DNA of 64,000 nt from Octopus vulgaris (Eukaryota): positions 112,468,001 to 112,532,000 of the forward strand of contig OX597817.1 in the NCBI GenBank assembly GCA_951406725.2. Direction: 5' to 3'. The position numbers and the translations under genes are program-made. Below, piece after piece: positions 52,476 to 64,000 of the stretch. Positions within the stretch are counted from its first letter, which is position 1; each line of letters starts with the position of its first letter. A model generated the notes under the pieces. That model saw only the letters and a program-made list of their open reading frames with translations. It ran no database searches and had not been told where the DNA came from.

Positions 52476-53548
52476 TCACTCACTCACTCACTCACTCACT
52501 CACTCACTCACTCACCCACTCACTCACCCACTCACTCTCTCAGCACAAATGATATACATAGACAGAGAAAGAGTATAGTAAAGAAATTTTAAAATTAAGT
52601 GAAAATTTTCAAATTGTTACATTGATGTGCTTTTCCACACTGAATCCGATTTTGTGAAAATCCGATTTTATTTCAGAAAACATTTAGTAAAATGTTGCAG
52701 AAGTTTAAAGTTTGATAATTTTTACCCAATCAGAAAACAAGATTTGGAAGCTAACATTTTCAGCGTGATAGTTGTCTATCACAAAATGAAAGTAAATTAC
52801 AACAATGGAGTATTAAACAAAATAAAAGCAATTACATGTTGTATCAAGAAAGAGAGTAGGTAGCAGCATGAATGAGAGATATACAGAGAGATAGAGTGAT
52901 GAAGAGTGTGGTAAACATATATGCAGAGTCAAGACAAAGAGAGGTAGATAGAGACAGAAAGATAGTGGTAGAGTTGACAATCTATAAGTTAAGTTGCTTT
53001 TCATAGCAAATTTGGGCCTCACTGAGGAAATAACAAGGAACTGGGAGATGTGACAATTTGCTGTATTTGATAAGAGACATCAAGCTAAATAAAATTGCTC
53101 TTACATACATACCGGCTTGTCCTTTCAGGTGCTGGTGCTGCGTTAACACACCCATGCTGGTGCTGAGTAAATGTACCCGTGCCAGTGCCATATCAGAAGC
53201 ACCCAGCACATTCTGTTAAGTGGTTGGCCTTAGGAAAGGCATTCAGCCATAGAAACCATGCCACAACAGTTGGAGTCTGGACAGCTCCATGTCGACGTGT
53301 CCAACTAATGCCAACATGGAAAGCAGACGTTAAACAATGATTATGATCATTAACATTAATTATAATTGATAACTTTGTTGTTGGGATACAGATTTTGAAA
53401 ATCAAATCCATTTTTCTCAAGGATGCACCATTTCAAAGCCTCATTCGTTCGTTCGTTCATTCGTTCGTACGTACATACATACATATGTACATACATACGT
53501 ACGTACCTACCTACCTACCTACCTACCTAGCTACCTACATACATACAT

Positions 53549-53602
<54 letters not shown>

Positions 53603-54199
53603 ACAAACAAACAAACAAACAAAAAATATATGCATATACACATAACCATTTCATGTTGGAAAAAAGAGTACTCAATAACATAGTAGAGATTAATAACATT
53701 TTATTTGGCTATTCTGAATTTCAGTTGTCACTCTCTTCTTACTCCCTTTTTTTCCTTTTGTTCCCTTTTCTCCCCCTTTGTCATATTTTCTCCCTACTAC
53801 CATAACACCCTATGACAAGAAACCAATATATAGATGAGCAAATCCCATCAATTTTCAGTTAATATTTGCCTAAAGATTCTGTGCACACATTCCCATGCAC
53901 AAGCACATGTATACACACAGACTTTTTTGGTTTCAATCTATCAAATCCACAGTCAAGAGTTTAGTCAGCTCAGGCTGATGAAATAGGTTTGCCTCCTCCC
54001 TTCAAAAATTGTTGGCCTTATACCTAAATCAGAAACCATTGCCTTTCACATATCTGAAATCAATGGGATAATTGATTTTGTGAGAGCAGTCGAGTTTATT
54101 TCAGATATTCTCATTTTAAAAATCATCTCTGGCTAATTGTTGAGATGAAGTTGGTGTTGCTTTGGTGGAGGTTTTCACTATCTGAGTGTTCTTCTAATT

Positions 54200-54460
54200 A
54201 TTATTAAGTTAGTGAGCACACCGGGTTAAATGCTTAGTGGCATTTCATCTGTTTTCACATTTCAAGTTCAAATTCTGCCAAGGTCGATGAAATAAGTATC
54301 AGTTGAATACTGGGGATGATGGGATCACCTAGCCCCTCCCCCAAAATTTCAGGTCTTGTGCCTATAGTAAAAAGGATTATTATCATTGTTAAGGCAGAGA
54401 ACTGGCAAAACCATTAGCACACCAGGTAAAATTCTTAGTAACATTTATCATTTTTATTAA

Positions 54461-54512
<52 letters not shown>

Positions 54513-55947
54513 GGCAGTGATCTAGTACCATCATTAGCACATCAGTAAAATGCCATACAGCATTTGTTTGGTACTTTACATTTTGAGTTCAAATGCTGCC
54601 AAGGTCAACTTTGGTTTCCCCCACCCATCAGGGTCAATAAAATAAAGTACCAGTTAAGTACTACTAGAGTCAATAGAATCAACCAATTGTCACCCCCTCG
54701 AAATTGCTTTTACCTAAATCATAACCCTTTATTATCATTAATATTATCATCATCATCATTATTATTATTATGGCAGAAAACTGGTAGAATGGTTAGCATG
54801 CTGGGTAAAGTGCTTAGCAGCATTTCATCCATGTTTACATTCTGAGTTTAAATTCTGCTGAGGTTGGTTTTGACTTTCAGTGTGATAAATCAAGTACCAT
54901 TTGAGCACTGGGGTTGATGTAACCAACATGAGCTTGCTGGCCCTGTACCAAAAGTTTGAAACTATGATGATTATTATTATTATGGGGAATTGGCAGAGTC
55001 ACTAAAGTATTAGGAAAATGTGCTGCAATATTTGTCAAAGCTCAACCAATCAGACAATGCAATAGGTGGAACGTCCACTTTAGCTCTTTATAGAGGTTTA
55101 GTGGAGGAAAAGTGTGACAACATTCTTAGGGAGACCCTGGTTGTCGAAGAAGATCAGTTAGTTGCTCTTTTCTAGAGAACTTTTGGGCAGGGACTGATGG
55201 ATAATTTCCAAAAATCTCTGGCCTGACAGTGCTACCAGAGAACTTTGCCTATTCAAGATAAACTTTACGGGCATGGAAGTGCCATCAGCTGAGCAAGTCC
55301 AAGATGCACGCAGGACAATGAGATGGTCCTGTATGCACTTGTCCAGTGCCCAAGTATTGCTGACCTATGGGTTTATGTCGAACACCTGCTGTCGCATGTG
55401 CGACAGATCTGGCTGTCAACTGAATCCATCGTGAAAATCACCCCACTGCCTTCCTTTAACTGATAAGGAAAGGCTGTTTTTATATGCCTGATGGCCATGG
55501 TGAAAGAGGATGAGATTGAAGGGTCTGAAGACAAACACTTTTCTTTTTGGCCAATCCCTGATCAACTTCTTCAAGTTTCACTTGAAATGGAAAATAAGGG
55601 TAGAGAGGGAAGTTGTCTCCTAGCCAGTTTGCTGAAAGGTAAATGAAAGTTGCGAGAATGGTATGAGTGAACGGGCTTCCCCTGAACTGCCATTTGGAAA
55701 AAGGAAAGAAAAAGGCACCTGCTCCAAAAGTCAGGGTACCCATGGATTTTTTATGAGGTTTTTCCATGAGCAGCACTCAAACATCTCCTCCCTATTGAGG
55801 ATCACACACTGTTAGTCTTGTTTGCATGCAAAATCCTCATAACAACACACACTCACACACACATTCTTTGTTTTGTCCAGAGCTGTCCATAACGTTGTTC
55901 TTAATGTAAACCTTTGTGGTTAATAAAGAAATCATTATTATTATCAC

Positions 55948-55983
<36 letters not shown>

Positions 55984-56250
55984 CATTATTATCATTATTA
56001 TTATTATTATTATAATCATCATCGTCATTATTATTCAAGTTGTTATATAAGGCAGCAAGCAGGTAAAATCTTTATCATGCTGGGCAAAATGCTTAGCAGC
56101 ATATTATTCATCTTTATGTTCTAAGTTCAAATGCCACTGGGGTCAACTTTGCCTTTCATCCTAACTGGGCTGATGAAATAAGTACCAGTTGAGTACTGAG
56201 GTCGATGTAATTGACTAGTCCCCTCCCACAAAATTTTAAACCTTGTACTT
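54200..56250 (+). mobile_element. Older SINE family A array, containing the third Tx1 fragment
   Basis: Several diverged head/core/tail units separated by (ATT)n. Confidence 0.75.
55036..55933 (+). mobile_element. Third Tx1-clade copy, 3' 0.9 kb only
   Basis: Collinear with 11450-12435 (LYRGLVEEKCD, DNFQKSLA, FFKFHLK); ends AATAAAGAAATC then (ATT)n. Confidence 0.88.
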
Positions 56251-56589
56251 TATGTATGAATATGGATAATTTGCATGTGTATACTGTTGTGCAAGCATAC
56301 ATAACTGGCTTTGTTTCTGTATCTGATTAAGCCCCTATGTATAGCTGATTGTCTGCCACTGACTATATATCTCTGTCTATCTTCAGGTTTGACAGTTTGT
56401 CTCCATGCTTGATAGCCTGTATTTATATCTGTTTATTCCTGAAAGACTTTCTCAAGTCTAACTGCTCGTCTATAATTATTTTGTATACTAACGAGTCTTA
56501 TTAGGTTTCTTTGATTCCCTCTTTCAGTGATTCTGTTTTTGACAATCTCTCTCTCTCCCTCTCTCTAAATGTAAGAAACATAATCTTAC

Positions 56590-56702
56590 CCCATCTCCGG
56601 AATCGTCACATATAAAACAAGTTTTGCACTCTATACATTGCCATGGAGAGTTACGTGCCTTTGTTGCAAGTTCTTCGCAGTAATCCATACATGAAGGGTG
56701 AA
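56590..56702 (-). CDS. DPF-SAM protein exon (PHD1 end, PHD2 start)
   Basis: tttcag|TT CAC...GGG|gtaaga; 113 nt, phase 1 to 0; HPSCMDYCEELATKARNSPWQCIECKTCFICDDSGDG. Confidence 0.95.
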
Positions 56703-59685
56703 CTGAAAAGAAAATTAAAACAATGTAAATTACAAATAGGTATCTGACCTTCAAAAACTGCATCAACTGGCATTTTACTAACGTACCTAAATATGTTTAA
56801 AACAAAAATCAGAGTTAAAGACTTTAACTTCTGAAATGAACAAATCTAAGAGACAAGGGACATTACTCTGACTGGTTTACTAAAATTTAGTATAACAATT
56901 CTACCTCAGGTGTAATGGTTTATTTAGAAGAATGGTAACTCCAACGATCTATCAAATTGTTGGTACACCATAAAAGATACATTGTGTACCGAACATAAAT
57001 CAACTAAACAGACTGCATGATATTACAAGCTGTATCCATGGAAGATTCTGAACACAACACTACAAGTGAATGAAATTATTTACCAATTCTAAGGTTGCAT
57101 TGCTGTTTACAGTGATGAAGTAAGTATACAATAATACTATCAAAGAGTTACTGCTAACGGTTGCTTAGTATAACAAGCTATTTGTTACAGAGAATAGATT
57201 ATTCGATAATGTTATCTGCATGAAAAACAATAGTTAAATATGAACATATATAATGAAGGGAACATCAAAACACTAATTAAAAAATAATTATGCAATGAGG
57301 GAAAATTAGACAATAATCAAAGGATTTGGGATTCATGTAGGATAATACAAAGAAGGATAGTTATCTTTAGAGATGACTCAGAATTTTGGAGACAAATGTT
57401 GCTGTAAATACATCAAATCTATGTCAATGGGAAAAATACATTTGCAAAAATTTGATGATGACATTTTTTTTGAAATAGTCAATGTTTATACAAGATGTTC
57501 CCATATTTATATTTAATAAAAATAGGTTACAATAAAAGGTAATGTTGTTTCAGTTACTTTATGAGGTTATTTTGTGAAGATGATTAATAGATATTCCATG
57601 ATAAAAAAAAAAAATTGTCAAATACACACCATTAGATTATCCACATAGGTTTGAATGAAACCATAATTCACCTGTTTTATGCCAAAGCAGCCCACAAGTT
57701 TAATGTCAGTTGAATTTGTGGACCATGTCTCCACCCCTGCCTCACACTTGTAAATGGCAGTTTTCCTAACTTTCATGAAGCTAGAAACATTTCACTAAAT
57801 AGGCCAGCTACTTCATCAATTTCATTTGATTCTAGGTTGCATAAATAGTCTGATGAATAAGTTTATCACATTCATTGTAAGTTATCAGCCCTGATTCTCT
57901 TTCAAAAATGATATAGTAGCATGGCATATAGAAAAGGAAGAGAGCTCAACATACTGGAAATAACAATTCAAAGATAGATGAGCTGACACTTGGAAAAGCA
58001 TACTAATTAGTTGCCTTTGGATGGCTTTAGTAGAATCCATTGTATAGTATTTGGATCGGATCCTCAATCTGGGAATAATTCAGTATGAGAAGCGTATGAG
58101 TCATGATTTCTTCTGTGAATCTCAGAATCCCTATAAAAGTTATGGGTATTGCCCTTCCTTCTGAACACCGTAGAAAATGAAGACAAGAATGTTTCTTTAT
58201 CTGATATCACAAAACTACAAGAATCAATGCACTAATTAATATTTTGCAGTCACACACACACAGAGTAATAAAATTTTGTGATGAAGACTACATTTAAAAA
58301 GGTACACCAATTCACCGAATAAAAACATTCTATGGGAACCTATTTTGATCACAAAAATCCTGAAGATATTTTAAAGACATACTTTTGTGGTAAAAACAGT
58401 TACAACGTTTGAATGTATAAGCTAATGGTCCATTGTCTGAAGAATCATAACTGAAACATGTTCATTCACTGATGCTGTGCAAAGACTGAATTTCTTTTGT
58501 CTACTTAATGTAACTATTAAAAACAGAAATGAGAGGAGTTAGAAAGGGCAAAAGAAATTGGGAAAAGAAAGAGAAAGGGTAAAAAATCACAAAGATAAAG
58601 ATAGAGGAGAGATTAAATGGGAAAGGAAAAGGGAAGAAAGATTTTGGTACTATACTGCTAAACTTGCTGATTGTTTAGTAGTTTCTAGATTTATTTGGTT
58701 AAATGGGTTACCAAAGAAAACAACAAAAATAAATCAGATAATTCTATCATTATCTCATAACTTGAAGTTATTCTGCAAATCTACAACTTACATTGTACAC
58801 ATATGATTGAATAACAAGCTCTATCACACATAGACACAATCAGCAAAGTTTGTTTCTTATATAACAATAACTGAAGGAATGTTCTACTCTGTAGAGCATG
58901 CAAACTTGTTGATTTATGAATCTGTTGCAGATTGTATTAACACAATTCAAACATAGCTTCCTAACAACATAGTTATGAGTTCAATTCCAAAGCACAGTAT
59001 TTTGGGCAACAACTTTCTGTTATAGCTTTAGGCTGAGCAAATTTTTGTGAATGGATTTGGTAGAAGGAAACTAAAAGAAGGCAGACGTGTATGTATATAT
59101 ACTTATCTTTATATCAAACTGAGTCTGTTTGTCTGTATGCGTGCATCACTAAAACCCGAGAACTACCCAACCGATTTCATTCAAGTATTAAACATGCTTT
59201 ATTTAGGGTTCACTCAGTGTCATCAGCCAAAGAAATTAGCAACTTCTTGCCTAATGCAAGCCAGGAACAATCTCGTATCTCTTACACTATTTCAGTATTA
59301 TGTGTCGAAAGTGAAAAAATAAAATTTCTGTTGTAATGTGAGATAATACTTTCAGTTTTAATAATTTCATTATGAATAACTTTCACCATGTATATAACAT
59401 ATACATAGTGAAATTATTAATGTTGAAACTGTTATCTCAATTACACATATACATGCATATATATATGTGTGTCTATATATATGCATGGATATATGTGTAT
59501 ATACATCTGTATACACACACACATATACGAAATAATATTATTATGGAAGAAACACAGGCAAAGTCTAAAAGAATATAATTGAAATACGCATCCAAAACTT
59601 ATATAAATACATATATTCTATATAAAATGGACATAAAATTCCAAAATATACAAATATATATAAATAGACAATATCCATGCAATGC

Positions 59686-59975
59686 ATAAAACATGATTGA
59701 ATTTAAGAAAATATCTTTTGTAATTACGTTTAAATCGTGCATTGTATGATAAAATTAAAAATTTAACTTGAAAGGATTAAGTATTGAAGACCTATTAAAA
59801 CCAATGAAAGAAAAATATAAACATCACATCTGTGATCTTTATATTTTTTCTTTCGTTGGTTTTGATATGTCTTTAATACTTGATCCTTTCAAGTTAAATT
59901 TTTAAATTTCATCATACAATGTACGATTTTAAACATAATTACAAATGATATTTTCTTAAATTCAATCGTTTTTAT
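59686..59975. repeat. Fold-back inverted repeat (arms about 140 bp), MITE-like
   Basis: 'gattgaatttaagaaaatatc...aaagaaaaatataa' is mirrored by 'ttatattttttctttc...gatattttcttaaattcaatc' around 'atcaca-tc-tgtgat'. Confidence 0.9.
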
Positions 59976-60059
59976 TTAAATTCCTGTCTGTGTTCGGATT
60001 GTCCTTGCAAAGGGGCCATCTGGTCTCCTGTTTGTGCCATGAACAGGCGAGAGGTGGGT

Positions 60060-61058
60060 GGGAGGAATTTTGGCACAAGGCCAGCAATTGATAAAAGAAG
60101 TCCTTGACTGGTACTTATTTTATCAACCCCAAAAGGATGAAAGGCAAAGTTGACCTCAATGGGATTTGAACTCATAATGAATTGGAAGAAATGATGCTAA
60201 ATATTTTCTTTTTCCAACACATTAACAATTCTGCCAACTCAATGAAACTAAGACCTGATTTCTTGTATGATCTTACGTAAGTGGTATTAAGGATTCTGTT
60301 AGCAAAACCAAAGGTAAAAAATTAACAAAACTGTGGTTGGATCTAGCCAGTTTTAAATGGATAAATAACTATGTATTCTATGTAGAAGTACAATAAATTT
60401 GCATGATTGGTTTGCTATCAGGTATTTCCATGAATGAGTTTTCAGGGGATATGGAAATCAGAGTTGTGAGGTTTATTCCATTCCTCAAGTGCATCATAAG
60501 AATATGTGGAATAACTACAAATAGGAATCAAACCCAAGTTACAGACTAGCTTCATTGGATTTTGTCATTCACACTAATCAAGTTCACAACAGTAATATTG
60601 GTTTCAAATTTCTGCACAAGACCAGCAATTTCAGGAGAGGGTTTAAGTCCATTACATCAATCCTGGTGCTCAACTGATACTTATTTTATTGACCCTGAGA
60701 AGGAAAAAGGCAATGTCAACCACAATGAAATTTGAACTCAATGTAAAGATGGATAAAATATCACTAAGCATTTTGCTCAGTGTGCTAATGATTCTATCAT
60801 CTCACTGCCTTGCTCACAACAGTAGTATCGATTTCAAATTTTGCCACAAGGCCAGCAATTATGGGGAAGGGGATAAGTCAATTAGATCAACTCCAGTCTT
60901 CAACTGGTACTTATTTTATTGACCCCCCAAAAGGATGAAAGGTAAAGTCAACCTCAGTGGAATTTGAACTCAGAACATAAAGATGGACAAAATGTCACTA
61001 AGCATTTTGTCTGATATGCTAACAATTCTTCTGGCTAGATACCTAGCTCACAACAGTG
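60060..61058 (-). mobile_element. SINE family A-related copies; two in tandem (about 60593-60825 and 60826-61058)
   Basis: Reverse complement of the core: 'ctggtacttattttattgaccc...aaaggatgaaaggcaaagtc'. Confidence 0.8.
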
Positions 61059-61083
61059 ATATTAAACATAAAATGTTACAAAC

Positions 61084-61234
61084 CTGTGGTATTGCAATCT
61101 TTGCAAACAAGTAATTCTTCTGGCTGTCCATGTTTGTTCCTATCAGCAGTAAGTAAGCAGGAAACACACTTTTCCTGATCAAATTTCAAAATGTCTTCAC
61201 TTTCAAATTCAGGGCCATGAGTTTTACGAATTCT
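61084..61234 (-). CDS. DPF-SAM protein exon (PHD1 start); most 5' exon found in the window
   Basis: tttcag|AGA ATT...ACA G|gtttgt; 151 nt, phase 0 to 1; CVSCLLTADRNKHGQPEELLVCKDC. Confidence 0.93.
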
Positions 61235-63364
61235 CTGAAATTTATTAACATTAGAATTAAGAGATATCTCCAAATATTAAAAAAAAAAAAAAAATACATG
61301 TTATTTACTAACTATAACAAATTATCAACAATGGCTCTAATACATTCAACAGCAATTAGATAGTTTCTAATACACATACAAATGAAAAATTTCCTTTATA
61401 TACTTTAACTCTTTAGCATTTAAACCGACCATATCTAGCACAAATAATCTCCCGGCTTTAAGTTCAAAGTGGCCAAATCTGGCCCCTCACACCTACTCTG
61501 CAATGTCATTGTCAAAATAACTACAACATCATCAAATTCTTGAAGCTACAAGATAATTCATGATTAATTCAAAACAATGTGAATAAATAAGCATTACATT
61601 TAACTGAATAATCTGAATGATAAAGGGTTAAATAGACAAAATAGCCATACAAAAGTTTCTTATAAAACTATATCTGAAATCTCCAGTGACATCATTGCTG
61701 CTGGCACAGCCAAAGGAGAAATACAGCTGGAAAATATCAAAGTTTTTGTGATTTCTAGTCAACAGCTGGTTAAATAAAATATTATAAAGATTATGTGTTT
61801 GAAAATCAGAAATAGGTTGCAGGTTCAATGTCAAATTTTTATTTTCTCACAAAGGACATATTTTCTCACTGGAAGAATTGCTACTTAGTAAACAGTTTTG
61901 AATTTTACAAAACAATTTATGCTTTTACAGTAATTAACTACACCACCCTAATTGTAATTAATTACAATTAAATAGACTTCTGTCACTTGTACAAAAAGAA
62001 GTAAATGATCTTAAACAAGTGTAAACATGTGAAAGGAACAATAGTCTTACTCAGTAATTATCTCAGAGTAACAATAATGGACTGGAATAAATGGTAGTGT
62101 ACCAGATTAAATGCCTTATAGTATTCAATTTCAGGTCACTATATTTTAAGTTTGACTTCATCCATACCCTCGTTCAACATGACCAGCTGGCCCTCAAGTG
62201 ACTTTTGTTGAATTCACTCTGTTGCAAACATTCAAACAAAGTCTTCAACTGAGGATAGTTTTCTCCTTTCCTGCTACCAATCCCAGAGGCCTAGCAAAGG
62301 GAAATTTTGTGGAAATTACGATCTGAATTTGATTTCTTTCCACACATTCAGAGTTTAAATCTTACCAGGTTGAATTATATTTTAAACATAATAAAATAAA
62401 TTACTGTAATATATATAGGCAAAATTGAATCTAGTGGAAGGAAAAACATAATACTTTTGTGGCACAATATGTATTGCTGAATGTAAAAATAAAAAATCCT
62501 TCTAGGGTGGCTGAGACAACTATAAAGTTTAGTTCTGGCATAACAGTTTTAAGCAGATATGAAATTAGTCTGCCACTAGATAAGAAATCAGGTTCATGTT
62601 GGTAAAATTCCAAATCAATATGATGAGAATTATTATTTTTATCAAAAGCTGTGCCTAACTATATCATGACCTTTCACAAAATTCACTATGTTGTCTTATG
62701 TTACCAGTTGAGAAAAGTTTGCATGATCAACAACTTAGACACTTGGCTCTGTAACTTCTGTAAAAACTGAAGTTAAATAGTGGCAACAAATTTAATCCTA
62801 TCTAAAACATTTATATTAATAAAATGAGAGCCACAGAGCCCCATTATTGCATTTAGATAAATATGTACAAGGTGAATTATTTATCACAGATAACATCACA
62901 TAATATAATAAAAAAAACAGCAACACATTATCCAATTATCAAACCAATCAAAACAATAGACCATACCAGTCTAACTCCAAAATAACCAGATTGCCCATGC
63001 TTCATAAATATAGCATATCCAAAAATTTGCATTACACATTCAATGTCCAACACTTATAACAAGAAACTTATGTTTTGTATACTCTGTTACACATTTATTA
63101 GTTTTTGGTGATAAGGGTTGATAAAATAGTGTGAGGGTTACAAGTTTCTGGACATACTGTATTTGTATATATGTGGCGATTATACAATTTTGGAGTTTGT
63201 TTGGTGTGGTCTGTTGTAATTATGTTGCATACAATAGTTGGATAATGCATTGCAGACAGGGATTCTCTCCCAGAATCCCTGACAAAATCAGCTAAAGGTG
63301 CAAATGGGAATTCTTGGCAATTTAAAAACACTCATACACAAATATATACAAATCTATGCATGTA

Positions 63365-63812
63365 AATTATTAGCAACAGAAGCAGTACTAAAGCCAAATG
63401 GCAATCTTTATATCCAACCTAATATGGACATATTGTTAGGGCACTGAATACTGTGTTATTTACCTTGGGTGGACCTCTCATATGGATGAATGGTACATAA
63501 AAACACATATCATATCACTGGCAGATCAGAATTGCCAGATCCCATGATTTCTACATGCCTTGTCTCCTCAGTGGCTGCATACAGCCAAATCACTGTCAAT
63601 GATATATGGAATTTCAGTGACTGTTCAGGCACTGATATTACAAATAGCCAACAGACTTATTGAAAAATAATTAGCAACAGAAGCAGTATTAATACCATAA
63701 GGTGAACTTTATATCCATCTTAACATGGAGATATTGTTAGAACATCAAATATTGTGTTATTTACCTTGAGAGGACTTTTCATATGGATGCATGGAGCATA
63801 AAAGTACACATA
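63365..63812. repeat. Diverged direct repeat of about 145 bp (63365-63510 and 63668-63812)
   Basis: 'ttagcaacagaagcagta...tgtgttatttaccttg...tcatatggatg' occurs twice. Confidence 0.85.
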
Positions 63813-64000
63813 TGCACACACACACACACACACGAACATAGATATATACATATATATATTTGTATATACATATATCATAGGCATGCAGTCCATGGAAGCA
63901 AGACTTTCCTTAACAATTATAGAAACAAAATTGAAACTATACAACTTATTTTTCATAAGATCGTTCTTCTAATGTTCTGTAAAATTAATATAAACTACAT

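Noticed and set aside
56590-61234. Naming the gene KAT6A/B, DPF or PHF10
   Set aside because: No MYST domain follows the fingers and the protein ends in a SAM domain, so no symbol is assigned.

Overview
Eukaryotic, AT-rich, repeat-dense animal DNA. The SINE and MITE families look like those of octopod cephalopods (inference from pattern recognition). One host gene lies on the minus strand: 7 coding exons (61234 down to 21607) with GT-AG junctions and consistent phases, encoding 281 aa. It joins a KAT6/DPF-type double PHD finger to a SAMD1/Atherin-like SAM domain; no further upstream exon was found, so the 5' end probably lies beyond the window. The left 13 kb is a retroelement nest. A full-length Tx1-clade LINE (2191-7460, perfect 16-bp TSD) sits at the predicted transcription start of a solo LTR (1801-7901, 4-bp TSD), which itself sits in a tandem SINE array. 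The 25.8-kb intron holds a decayed Penelope-like element (RT + GIY-YIG), a divergent relic ORF (Myb/SANT-like + CCCH finger) and, at 50927-51003, a candidate hammerhead ribozyme whose three core strands are in non-circularly permuted order. That ribozyme is the most unusual signal. All calls were made by eye, with no database search or folding run.
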